Of a DNA stretch of 64,000 nucleotides, positions 18,668-27,903 are shown in pieces. The DNA is from an uncultured Gammaproteobacteria bacterium (GTDB lineage: Bacteria > Patescibacteriota > Microgenomatia > Levybacterales > UBA12049). Numbering within the stretch: the stretch's first letter is position 1; the number at the start of each line of letters is the position of its first letter. The notes beneath the pieces are model-generated. The model searched no databases. It was not told the origin of the DNA and worked only from the letters and a program-made list of their open reading frames with translations. The position numbers and the translations under genes were made by a program. The stretch is taken from the NCBI GenBank assembly GCA_964391315.1, contig CAYMJR010000003.1, positions 64,542 to 128,541 on the forward strand, written 5' to 3'.

Positions 18668-18676
18668 TGCTATAAT
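18668..18676 (+). promoter_or_regulatory. extended -10 promoter (TGCTATAAT) for rpmH
   Basis: TGnTATAAT at 18668-18676. The rpmH ATG lies 8 nt downstream of the hexamer, implying a leaderless or near-leaderless mRNA. Confidence 0.5.
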
Positions 18677-18684
18677 ACCACCAT

Positions 18685-18822
18685 ATGGAAAAAATGACAT
18701 TGAAGACCAAGAAGGTTAAACGCCAGCGAAAACACGGCTTTTTAGCTCGCATGAAATCTCATGGTGGTAAAAAAGTTTTGAAAAGACGCAGAGACGAAGG
18801 AAGAAAGAGATTAACCGTTTAA
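18685..18822 (+). CDS. rpmH: 50S ribosomal protein L34
   Basis: Absent from the ORF track (45 aa). Hand translation: MEKMTLKTKKVKRQRKHGFLARMKSHGGKKVLKRRRDEGRKRLTV. This matches the L34 pattern (KRxxxHGFxxRM...GxxVLxxRRxKGRKxLTV). Canonical position upstream of rnpA. Confidence 0.9.
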   Translation: MEKMTLKTKKVKRQRKHGFLARMKSHGGKKVLKRRRDEGRKRLTV

Positions 18823-18832
18823 TCTTTCCATC

Positions 18833-19162
18833 ATGTTGCAAAAGCAGTATCGATTGCCCGGAGCAATCAGACTCACATCTCCCACTTCTTTTAGATCATC
18901 GATATTTCTCTTAAAAGTAAGTAGCAATGGTCTTACATATTCGAGATACGGGTTTATCGTTCGAAAGACAGTAGATAAACGAGCAGTTGTTCGTAATAGA
19001 ATCCGAAGGGTTTTCCGTTCTTGTATTGAAGAAATGCAGCAAGAAATAAAGCCGGGATATGACATGCTTTTTTTCCTAACAAGTCAGATACTGGAAATGA
19101 AGAGAGAAGCACTGTATAATGAACTACACGAGTTTCTCAAAGAAAAAAATTATTTACAATGA
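18833..19162 (+). CDS. rnpA: ribonuclease P protein component
   Basis: 109 aa. Basic RNR motif region VDKRAVVRNRIRRVFR. Lies between rpmH and yidD. Confidence 0.88.
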   Translation: MLQKQYRLPGAIRLTSPTSFRSSIFLLKVSSNGLTYSRYGFIVRKTVDKRAVVRNRIRRVFRSCIEEMQQEIKPGYDMLFFLTSQILEMKREALYNELHEFLKEKNYLQ

Positions 19163-19380
19163 AAACAATCGTATTACTTTTACTTTCAGGATATAAAATA
19201 GTCATCTCTCCCCTCCTCCATCAATTATTGGGGCAAAAATCGATGTGCCGTTATGAAGTCTCCTGTTCTGAATATGCACAACAAGTTGTTTCCAAATATG
19301 GAGTTGTAAAAGGAGGAGGACTCGCTTTTTCTCGTTTGTTAAGCTGTCAACCATTTAGTAAATCCTATGCAAATATTTAA
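19159..19380 (+). CDS. yidD: membrane protein insertion efficiency factor YidD
   Basis: 73 aa. ISPLL...CRYEVSCSEYA...GVVKGGGLAFSRLLSCQPF matches the YidD Cys pattern. ATGA overlap with rnpA. Confidence 0.88.
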   Translation: MKTIVLLLLSGYKIVISPLLHQLLGQKSMCRYEVSCSEYAQQVVSKYGVVKGGGLAFSRLLSCQPFSKSYANI

Positions 19381-20176
19381 TACCCTTTTAATACAACCGA
19401 TTATTAATATTCTTGTGATTTTTTATCACCTTTTAACATGGGCTCACATTCCTTATGCACTTGGATTCTCAATCGTCTTGCTCACAGTGTTTATCCGCTT
19501 GCTTCTCTATCCGTTAACAACAAAGCAGCTGCAAATGTCTAAAAAAATGCAGGAGCTCGTTCCACACATGAATAAAATTAAGGAAAAGCATAAAGGTGAC
19601 ATGAAGAAGCAACAGGAAGCAACAATGGCTCTTTACCGTGAACATAATGTAAATCCTGCTGCTGGATGTCTCCCAGGACTTGTGCAGATCGTCATTTTGC
19701 TTTTCGGACTTTATCCGGCATTGAGAGAAATAGTGAGCCTTAATGCTCATACGATTGTTTCTACGGTAAATGGATTAGTATATTTCCCAGGATTGAAACT
19801 GACAGCACCATGGAGTACTGATTTTTTCGGTTTGTTCATCGGAAAAACACCTGCACAGCTTTTTACTATTATCGGACCAATCATCCTTCTTATCCCCGTC
19901 TTTACTGGCGTTTTGCAATTTATTCAATCAAAAATGATGGCACCTGCTACAGCAACCGGCGCAATCACTGTTAAAAATGAGAGTAAACCTGATGACTTTG
20001 CAACCACCTTCCAGAAGCAGTCTTTGTATCTCTTGCCTGTAATGATTGGGTTCTTCTCATGGAACTTTTCCATAGGACTATCTTTGTACTGGAATACTTT
20101 CACAATTTTCGGTATAATACAGCAGTACTTAGTTGCAGGACCAGGTGGACTTGCAGATTGGACCAAAAAGAAATAA
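19367..20176 (+). CDS. yidC: membrane protein insertase YidC (short form)
   Basis: LLYPLTTKQLQMSKKMQELVPHMNKIKEKHKGDMKKQQEATMALYREHNVNPAAGCLP is the conserved YidC/Oxa1 core. Five hydrophobic spans. Confidence 0.9.
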   Translation: MQIFNTLLIQPIINILVIFYHLLTWAHIPYALGFSIVLLTVFIRLLLYPLTTKQLQMSKKMQELVPHMNKIKEKHKGDMKKQQEATMALYREHNVNPAAGCLPGLVQIVILLFGLYPALREIVSLNAHTIVSTVNGLVYFPGLKLTAPWSTDFFGLFIGKTPAQLFTIIGPIILLIPVFTGVLQFIQSKMMAPATATGAITVKNESKPDDFATTFQKQSLYLLPVMIGFFSWNFSIGLSLYWNTFTIFGIIQQYLVAGPGGLADWTKKK

Positions 20177-20179
20177 CTT

Positions 20180-20650
20180 ATGGAACAAGTAAAACTTACA
20201 ACAGACGAACAGAAAATAATTGAGGAAGCAGTCGCAGAATACCTCAAAAAACTTGAAATAGATGGCTCATTCTCAATTGTTGAAAATGGTGACATGCTTG
20301 ATGTCATGCTGGAGACAAAAGACACAGGTATTGTTATTGGTTACCACGGAGAAATCCTTGAATCATTACAGCTCGTTCTCTCTCTTGTTGTTGCAAAGAA
20401 ACTTGGCAGGTTCGTCCGCATCTCAATTGAAGTTGATGGTTACAAGAAAAACAGAATTGAATACCTTGAGAATTTGGCTGCACAAGTAAAAGAAAAAGCA
20501 CTCTCAGAAAATAAAGAACAGGTTCTTATGAATCTTAAATCATGGGAACGACGAATCATTCATGTTTATCTTCAAGACGATGATTCAGTTACCTCAGAAT
20601 CATCAGGAGAAGGCAAAGAGCGTGTTCTTCTTATCAAACCCCGAGTTTAA
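20180..20650 (+). CDS. jag: Jag/KhpB-like RNA-binding protein (KH + R3H)
   Basis: KH-like IGYHGEILESLQLV and R3H-like SWERRIIHVYL. Canonical position after yidC. Confidence 0.8.
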   Translation: MEQVKLTTDEQKIIEEAVAEYLKKLEIDGSFSIVENGDMLDVMLETKDTGIVIGYHGEILESLQLVLSLVVAKKLGRFVRISIEVDGYKKNRIEYLENLAAQVKEKALSENKEQVLMNLKSWERRIIHVYLQDDDSVTSESSGEGKERVLLIKPRV

Positions 20651-20723
20651 TTTCTTCAATTCCGATTTATCGTAAATCTCATCATTCTTTGACACAGCAG
20701 TAGTTCTGTAGTATATACAAAGT

Positions 20724-22049
20724 ATGTTTGTGGAGAAATTAGAATCAACTGTTTTTTATCTCCTCATTCTTTTTTTACCCACCCAACTAGGAAAACACTT
20801 TTGGCCAGATTTCTCTATTATCTCCGGGATCAGAATCGATTACCTCTCCCCCACAGTATATGTAACGGACGTTTTGGTGGGATTAGTGTTTATTACCTGG
20901 TTAGTAAACACAGTTCAAAGGTCAAAGTTCAACTCTTCGACAAAGCTCAGGGCAAGAGTGCAAAGTTACAGTTCAAAGGTTAAAGTTTATTTTATTTTAA
21001 TTTGTTTTCTTCTTTTAAATATCTTCCTTTCTCATAATATTTGGAACGGTTTCTATCACCTTCTCAAACTGCTTGAGTTCTCGTTTCTTGCTTATTATGT
21101 ATCGTCAACAATTACAAGAATTTCACAAATAAAAAAGATTTTTTTCCTGTTAGGAGTAGGTGTATTTGGTCAATCACTTCTCGCGATTGCACAGTTTTTA
21201 ATACAGGCATCCATTGGTGGAATCTTTTACTTTTTTGGAGAGCGGACGTTTACAGCAATGACGCCTGGTATTGCTAATGCGGATATCAATGGGAAATTAC
21301 TTCTTAGATCATATGGAACTTTCTCCCATCCGAATGTCTTAGCAGGGTTTCTTCTTGTCAGCATGATGTGTTTACTTTTTTCTCTGCCATGGGTCAAGAA
21401 AGGATTTGAAAAATATTTTTTGATTGTTGCTCTACTTCTTGGATCGAGTGCTCTTCTTTTGACAATGAGTCGATTGGCAGTGATCCTCTGGGTAGCACTG
21501 TTAGCATTTGTTTTGCTCAATCAGATACAGCAAAAAGTTTATAAACTAGTTGCAGGAGTGATCCTTCTAGGAAGTATCATGTTCCTTCTTTTAGCAACGC
21601 CATTTGGTGCGAGACTTATTCAAACAAATTTAGGTGAAGAATCAGTTGTACAAAGAGAAGTACTCATTCAATCAAGTACGACATTATTTACAAGCCAGCC
21701 ATTTATTGGCATAGGTCTTGGAAATTTTATCCCTCGATTGGCAACTATTCAGAAACCGCTTACCTTAGCATTATATCTACAGCCAGTACATAATATTTTT
21801 CTCTTTGTTTTAGTTGAAACAGGAATTGTTGGACTTGGATTTTTTATTGTGTTTTTATTAAAGACATATAAAAAATTGTTTACAGACATTAAAACAACGA
21901 CATATTTGCTCTCTTCCCGTATCTTTCTTATTGTGTTATCCGTTATGTTGATCATTGGTTTGTTCGATCATTATTGGTTAACTTTGCAACAGGGACAGCT
22001 ACTTTTTTCACTTGTCATTGGATTCTCCTGGGCGAAGCTACATGGCTAG
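20724..22049 (+). CDS. O-antigen ligase (Wzy_C)-like polytopic membrane protein
   Basis: ~11 hydrophobic spans. Motifs FSHPNVLAGFLL, LLTMSRLAV and PVHNIFLFVLVETGIVGLGFF are typical of O-antigen ligase/Wzy_C proteins. Confidence 0.6.
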   Translation: MFVEKLESTVFYLLILFLPTQLGKHFWPDFSIISGIRIDYLSPTVYVTDVLVGLVFITWLVNTVQRSKFNSSTKLRARVQSYSSKVKVYFILICFLLLNIFLSHNIWNGFYHLLKLLEFSFLAYYVSSTITRISQIKKIFFLLGVGVFGQSLLAIAQFLIQASIGGIFYFFGERTFTAMTPGIANADINGKLLLRSYGTFSHPNVLAGFLLVSMMCLLFSLPWVKKGFEKYFLIVALLLGSSALLLTMSRLAVILWVALLAFVLLNQIQQKVYKLVAGVILLGSIMFLLLATPFGARLIQTNLGEESVVQREVLIQSSTTLFTSQPFIGIGLGNFIPRLATIQKPLTLALYLQPVHNIFLFVLVETGIVGLGFFIVFLLKTYKKLFTDIKTTTYLLSSRIFLIVLSVMLIIGLFDHYWLTLQQGQLLFSLVIGFSWAKLHG

Positions 22050-22352
22050 AAATGGCTAAGTTTGGTCACCGTACAAAGAAAAATTTTCGAAGCTCGAGTT
22101 ATTCTTGGAAGGTTCTATCTTTTTTCGTTTTGTTTAGATTATTCTTGAGAAAGATTTTCGAGGCTATAATTCGCATTATTGTCGCATTACTCTTTAATAT
22201 ATAGATAAATATCTTATGAAAATAATAGTTGCCTATTGACTCTCGTGAAATTATATGTTACTCTAATCTTTTACCATTCTTTCCGAAATTTATACGACTC
22301 CTAAGATCAAATGGTCTAGCTTTCTGTTTTACGATTATACACCAGATGGTGT

Positions 22353-25058
22353 ATGATAAAGAGAGCTATGGAACATAAGCGTCCTTCACTTGTCACTGCA
22401 GAAAATAGTACACATACTCCCCTACTCATTATTGATAAGAAGGGAAGTATGGGTTTGTCACTTGCTAAGCAACTACAAGAACAATTCTTGACTGTTTTTG
22501 TAAGTGGGAAAGAACCATCCTTTCATAAGAACCTTATTCATATCCCCTTTCACAAAAAAATTCCTGTTGTCCCTGATAATAGTTATTCACACATCATTGT
22601 TTTTTATTATGGAGAGCAGGAAATTATCGACATACTTCCTTCACTCATGCAAAAAGCAAATGCAGTTAATGGCAAACTGCTTTTTGTGACGTCTCTCCCC
22701 TACAGCAACCCAGAACTTTTGAGATATCTTAGCAGTCCGGCATACCACAATATGCAAATTATTATTTATGGAGAACTGTTTGATAAAGAACTTTCTGAAC
22801 GAAATATTGTTACGCTTTTTATTCATCAGGCAAAATTATTTAATAGAATTGATATTCCGAATGATGGATTAGGTAAGTTATATCCTATTTTTCTTGAGGA
22901 TGTCCTCGAAGCGCTTGTTGCTACCGCATTTACATCAGACAAAAAAAGACGGATCATTTTATTGTTTCCCAAACATTCAATGAGTGAATTAACAGTTGCA
23001 AGATTGCTTCAGAAAAAGCAGCCATTACTCCGTCTTGATTTTGTAAAGTATAAGGGAAGTCCTCCTACCTATTATCTTCCACCGGAAGGAGAATACTATT
23101 TTTCTGACTATCCTTTTGAAAAAAGGCTTCGAGAAGTATTTGACGAATACATATTTAAAGAACCAGTAAAAATGAAGAAAGAAAAAAAGAAACGAGAGTT
23201 TCCTCGGCAGCCTAAAATGATTAACCCGGGTGTCTTTTGGATATTATTTCTTTCACTTTTATTATTGCCAATACTGTTTACTATTATGGCCTCAGTTGTA
23301 GGTGCAGGTGCGATGCAATTATCAATCAAACAAATTGAAAAAGGGAATATTGCTTCTGGTTCCAACTTCGCACAGTTTGCAGAAGGGTCATTAACTTCAG
23401 CAGAGACAGTTGGCGAAAGTCTTTTCTATGTTGATTTTTTTGCAAAGGCGCAAAAGGATGTTTTCATACGTCAAATTGATGTTGGAAAAAGACTAGCAGA
23501 AACAGAAGTTGATCTACTCCATGCAATGAATATACTTCAAGCGGTTTCAGAGAATAAATCCAAATCGCCTAAAAATGATTTCATGCAGGGGATAGCGCTT
23601 CTTAAAAATTCACTTATTATCGTTCAGAAGATGCAAGCAGAAAGAGAACTTCCAACGATAATTGAAAATAAATTGGTCAGTCTTACACCTGTTTTGACAC
23701 CACTTCAAAATACGATAGATGCCTTGCCAAATTTGCTGGGATTCGAAGGAAAACGAACCTATCTTGTGCTTTTCCAAAATAATATGGAACTTCGTCCAGG
23801 TGGAGGATTTATCGGATCGTATGGAATATTAAAAATCGAAAATGGTGTGGTTAAGGATTTTTCAGTACGTGATGTGTACGACGCTGATGGTAAGCTGACG
23901 GTGCATGTTGAGCCACCATATGGATTAAGACGGTATCTTGGTGCGAATCATTGGTTCTTGCGGGATAGCAATTTTGCAATTGATTTTCCTCATGATGCAC
24001 AGCAAGCCGCAACCTTCTTAAATCTTGAAACAGGGGAGAAGGTTGATGGCGTGTTTGGAATGGATACAACGTTTCTTAAAAATGTGTTATCAGCACTAGG
24101 ACAAGTAGATGTCCCAGATTATAAAGAAACGGTAACAGCTGACAATTTTTATATGCGGACACAAATGCATGTAGAAAATAATTTTTTCCCTGGATCAACA
24201 CAAAAAAAAGATTTCTTAGGTTCGTTACTTACAGCAATGGAAACACGATTGGCTGATCATACAAATGTAAAATATGATGCTCTGTTGACTAAAATAGGAG
24301 AGTCACTTCTTGGAAAACATCTATTTTTTGTCTCTTCTGATGCAGCAATACAAAAACTATTTACCGTCAATAATCTCTCATCATCCTTATGGGATGGGAG
24401 AGAAAAAGGAAAAAATACCTATTTGGATTTTTTTGGGGTGGTTGACGCAAATGTCGGACTTAATAAAGCCAATTATTATCTAACACGTTCAATAGATCAA
24501 AAAAGTATTTTAGACGCGACAGGAACACTGACAACAACAGCAACGGTTGTTTATACAAATAACAGTAAAAAGGATAGCCCTTTTGGTGGGGATTATAAAA
24601 ACTATGTCAGGTTTGTTTTACCACCTTCAGCAGTGCTACAAAGCATTTCAATAGATGATACGAAGCAAGATATAACTAATGCAGTTACTGATCCTGCAAT
24701 TTTTACTGCAAATTCATTTGTCCCACCAAAAGGACTTGAAGTAGAAACAGGTCAGGAAGAGGGGAAACAAACCGTTGGATTTTTATTACTCGCCCCAACG
24801 GGAAGTTCTAAGAAAGTAGATATTACGTATAACGTCGTGAATGCTATTTCTCCAGGTGCTTCGACATTCACTTATGATTTATGGGTATTTAAACAGCCAG
24901 GTACAGAGGACGATTCATACTCATATTCTCTTTCGTATCCGTCTGATTATCAACCAATTAAGCTCGATACCCGGTTGGGTAATGTAGGTGGAAAGCTAGT
25001 ATATTCAGGAACGATATCTGAGGACACAAACTTAAAAGTAGAATTTGCAAAGAAATAA
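22353..25058 (+). CDS. DUF4012 domain membrane protein
   Basis: 901 aa. ~290-aa cytoplasmic N-domain, one TM (VFWILFLSLLLLPILFTIMASVV), then LVLFQNNMELRPGGGFIGSYG, the DUF4012 signature as I recall it. Confidence 0.7.
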   Translation: MIKRAMEHKRPSLVTAENSTHTPLLIIDKKGSMGLSLAKQLQEQFLTVFVSGKEPSFHKNLIHIPFHKKIPVVPDNSYSHIIVFYYGEQEIIDILPSLMQKANAVNGKLLFVTSLPYSNPELLRYLSSPAYHNMQIIIYGELFDKELSERNIVTLFIHQAKLFNRIDIPNDGLGKLYPIFLEDVLEALVATAFTSDKKRRIILLFPKHSMSELTVARLLQKKQPLLRLDFVKYKGSPPTYYLPPEGEYYFSDYPFEKRLREVFDEYIFKEPVKMKKEKKKREFPRQPKMINPGVFWILFLSLLLLPILFTIMASVVGAGAMQLSIKQIEKGNIASGSNFAQFAEGSLTSAETVGESLFYVDFFAKAQKDVFIRQIDVGKRLAETEVDLLHAMNILQAVSENKSKSPKNDFMQGIALLKNSLIIVQKMQAERELPTIIENKLVSLTPVLTPLQNTIDALPNLLGFEGKRTYLVLFQNNMELRPGGGFIGSYGILKIENGVVKDFSVRDVYDADGKLTVHVEPPYGLRRYLGANHWFLRDSNFAIDFPHDAQQAATFLNLETGEKVDGVFGMDTTFLKNVLSALGQVDVPDYKETVTADNFYMRTQMHVENNFFPGSTQKKDFLGSLLTAMETRLADHTNVKYDALLTKIGESLLGKHLFFVSSDAAIQKLFTVNNLSSSLWDGREKGKNTYLDFFGVVDANVGLNKANYYLTRSIDQKSILDATGTLTTTATVVYTNNSKKDSPFGGDYKNYVRFVLPPSAVLQSISIDDTKQDITNAVTDPAIFTANSFVPPKGLEVETGQEEGKQTVGFLLLAPTGSSKKVDITYNVVNAISPGASTFTYDLWVFKQPGTEDDSYSYSLSYPSDYQPIKLDTRLGNVGGKLVYSGTISEDTNLKVEFAKK

Positions 25059-25095
25059 TCCAGGTTGAATTCAAGACTTTGTTATAATTAGGCCC

Positions 25096-26010
25096 ATGGA
25101 AATTTTTTCTATCCTTCTTATTATTGCTGGTCTTTGTTTGTTTGAAACGATTTCAAGTATTGATAATGCAATTATTAATGCAGAGATTCTTTCAAAGATG
25201 GGGAAGAGTACAAAACGATGGTTTTTAGGTTGGGGCTTAATTATCTCTGTTTTTTTTATTCGAGGTCTTTTACCCTGGGCAATTGTTTGGACTACAATAC
25301 CTTCCCTTGGTCCTGTGGGTGCCTTAACAGCAACATTTAGTAGTAATCCACAAGTTCATGATGCAATTGAAAAAGCATCTCCAATCCTTCTCATTGGTGG
25401 AGGTATATTTCTTTTGTTTCTTTTTTTCAGCTGGCTTTTTTTGGAAGAAAAACAATATGGTCTTGCTGCAGAGAAATTTTTTCAAAAGCAGGCAGTCTGG
25501 TTTTTTGCAGTTGTTTCGGTGATATTGGCAGCAATAGTGTGGTTTGCTTTACAAATGAATCCTTTTATGGCATTTGGTGCCGTGTTAGGATCAACAGTAT
25601 TTTTTATTACGCATGGGTTTAGAGAAAACGCAGAAAAACAAGAAAAGGAGTTGTTAAGAGAAGATAATAGGATTTCAGACACAAGTAAACTTTTTTTCCT
25701 TCTCATTATTGATGCAACATTTTCTTTGGATGGTGTGCTTGGAGCATTTGCTTTTACTCTTTCTGTGCCGCTTATTCTTATTGGGAATGGTCTGGGCGCT
25801 GTGGTTGTCAGACAGTTAACTGTTAGTAATATTGAAAGAATTAAACGGTATATTTATCTCAAAAATGGTGCGCTGTATTCTATTGGTGTTTTGGGAATTA
25901 TTATGATTCTTGAAAGCTTTGGTTATAAAATTCCACAATGGGTTTCACCGCTGGTAACGTTTATTATTGTTGGATATTTTTTCTTCAAATCGAAAAAGGT
26001 ACTTAAGTAG
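25096..26010 (+). CDS. DUF475/TerC-related integral membrane protein
   Basis: ETISSIDNAIINAEIL and IIDATFSLDGVLGAFAFT are duplicated DUF475-type motifs. Multiple TMs. TGTTATAAT lies 7 nt upstream of the ATG. Confidence 0.65.
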   Translation: MEIFSILLIIAGLCLFETISSIDNAIINAEILSKMGKSTKRWFLGWGLIISVFFIRGLLPWAIVWTTIPSLGPVGALTATFSSNPQVHDAIEKASPILLIGGGIFLLFLFFSWLFLEEKQYGLAAEKFFQKQAVWFFAVVSVILAAIVWFALQMNPFMAFGAVLGSTVFFITHGFRENAEKQEKELLREDNRISDTSKLFFLLIIDATFSLDGVLGAFAFTLSVPLILIGNGLGAVVVRQLTVSNIERIKRYIYLKNGALYSIGVLGIIMILESFGYKIPQWVSPLVTFIIVGYFFFKSKKVLK

Positions 26011-26641
26011 TTTTCTTACGAGGAAATAAGTGGAGTTTGTGATTAATATACCAAGCAATAAGAACAACAAATCCAAAGAGTATTACAATTTTAAATTTAT
26101 TAAAAATTGGTTCTAAAGTATCCCACCGATTTCCAAAGTAAACTCCAACATACACCATAGCAGAAGACCAGATGAGTGCTCCTAAAAACGTGTAAAGTGA
26201 AAACTTTTTGAGATTCATTTTGACTGCTCCTGCAGGAAGAGAAATAAGGTAGCGAAGGCCTGGAAGAAGTTTGCCAATAAAAACAATTTTGTCGCCATAT
26301 TTATTAAACCATTCAGAAGCCTTGTAATAGTCATGATGACTTAAGAGAACATATTTGCCATGTTTTTTGATGAGATTGACAATGACTGTTTCTTCAAGAA
26401 AATAACCGATACTGTAAGCAATAAGAGATCCTCCAAGATCGCCAAGTGCGGCAATCAAAACGATAAGTGGAAAAGAAAACGTTCCTTTACTGACAAGAAA
26501 TCCGGCAAAAGGAAGAACGATTTCTGATGGAACAGGAATAAGAGCAGTACCAAGCGCCATAAGGAAGAAAACGCCAAGATAGCCTGTGGATTGGATAAAG
26601 TTTATGATAAGTTCTGTTGCTTGTGCCAGCATAGTAGTCAT
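26003..26641 (-). CDS. DedA family membrane protein
   Basis: YLGVFFLMALGTALIPVPSEIVLPFAGFL and IGKLLPGLRYLISLPAGAVKM match the DedA/SNARE-associated pattern. Confidence 0.8.
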   Translation of the reverse strand: MTTMLAQATELIINFIQSTGYLGVFFLMALGTALIPVPSEIVLPFAGFLVSKGTFSFPLIVLIAALGDLGGSLIAYSIGYFLEETVIVNLIKKHGKYVLLSHHDYYKASEWFNKYGDKIVFIGKLLPGLRYLISLPAGAVKMNLKKFSLYTFLGALIWSSAMVYVGVYFGNRWDTLEPIFNKFKIVILFGFVVLIAWYINHKLHLFPRKKTT

Positions 26642-27825
26642 TATATCATCTTTTTTGTCTTTTTGAGAGCTTCAATGCCTGGAAGTGTGCCGTTTTCAAT
26701 AAATTCTAGCATTGCGCCCCCACCCATGGAAATATGAGTAATTTTATCCAAATATTCTTTGTTGTTGAGTGCAGCGAGTGTGTCACCACCACCAACAACA
26801 GAGATAGCATGTCGGTTTTCTGTTATTGAATAGTAGAGAAAATCAGTGCCCCGTTTGAAATGAGGATTTTCGATATATCCAACAGGTCCGTTCCAAACAA
26901 TTGTGTGAGCTTTTGCAATGACCGCCCCAAAATCTGCCTGTGTTTCAGGACCGATGTCAAGAACAAGGTCATTTTTTTTAATTTCCTCCACTTTTTTTAT
27001 CTGTGTTTGTTTCGCATGTAAATCAGGTCCAACTACTGCATCTTGAGGGAGAATAATTTCTGTATGCTCTTTTTTTGCAAGTGCAAGAATTTTTTGAGCG
27101 AGTTTTACTTCCTCTTTATCTAAGAAACTTTCCCCAAGTTCAAGACCTTGTGCTATGAGAAATGTATTAGCAAGGCCGCCTCCAAGGAGTACAGAATCGG
27201 CAATAGTTACCAATTTATTAATAAATTTAATTTTGGTTGAAATTTTTTTGCCACCCATGATTGCAATAAAGGGTTTTTGCGGATGTTTCATAATCATCTC
27301 AAGCGACGTTATCTCTTTTTTGAGGAGGAAACCTGCATAAGAGGGTAGTAAAGCAGGAAGACCAACAATTGATGCGTGTTTTCGGTGACAGACACTGAAT
27401 GCATCGTCAACGTATACATCACCCAGTGCTGCAAGTTGTTTAGCAAAAGCAGGATCATTTTTTGTTTCTCCAGGATAAAAGCGGACATTTTCAAGAAGTA
27501 CTATCTCTGTTTCTTTTTGTTCTTTTAGTGCGATAGCATCTTTAGTAAAGTCATCAATAAAAACAATTTTATTATGAGGAAGGTATTCTTGGAGTCTTCG
27601 TGCAACACGGGCAAGTGAATCCGCAGCATTTCTTTTTTCCGGTTCGCCAAGATGAGCGATGAGAATAATTTTATTATGGTGTTTAAGGAGATACTCAATT
27701 GTGGGAAGAGACATTCGAATGCGGGCATCATCGGCGATGGTGTGATTGGGGTTAAGAGAGACATTAAAGTCTACACGAAGCAGGATTTTTTTATTGGTGA
27801 TTTGAGCTTCATCAATATATTTCAT
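26641..27825 (-). CDS. pgk: phosphoglycerate kinase
   Basis: ORF track extends to 27915. ATG 27825 chosen (MKYIDEAQITNKKILLRVDFNVSL...ARIRMSLPTIEYLL...IAHLGEP), as in PGK N-termini. C-terminal VVGGGDT..A and ISMGGGAMLEF. Confidence 0.92.
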   Translation of the reverse strand: MKYIDEAQITNKKILLRVDFNVSLNPNHTIADDARIRMSLPTIEYLLKHHNKIILIAHLGEPEKRNAADSLARVARRLQEYLPHNKIVFIDDFTKDAIALKEQKETEIVLLENVRFYPGETKNDPAFAKQLAALGDVYVDDAFSVCHRKHASIVGLPALLPSYAGFLLKKEITSLEMIMKHPQKPFIAIMGGKKISTKIKFINKLVTIADSVLLGGGLANTFLIAQGLELGESFLDKEEVKLAQKILALAKKEHTEIILPQDAVVGPDLHAKQTQIKKVEEIKKNDLVLDIGPETQADFGAVIAKAHTIVWNGPVGYIENPHFKRGTDFLYYSITENRHAISVVGGGDTLAALNNKEYLDKITHISMGGGAMLEFIENGTLPGIEALKKTKKMI

Positions 27826-27903
27826 GGCAGAATAATAGTAGTATAGCATGAACAAAAATTTATTTTCTTGCAAAGTTGAAGCCATGTGATATACAATACC
27901 CTC

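Noticed and set aside
21974-22204. 76-aa ORF, or a 50-aa version from ATG 22053 (MAKFGHRTKKNFRSS...), in the 300-bp spacer after the O-antigen-ligase-like gene.
   Set aside because: The first part overlaps the preceding CDS in another frame. The remainder has no SD or promoter that I can support and has a low-complexity hydrophobic tail. It is possibly a real micro-protein, but the evidence is insufficient.
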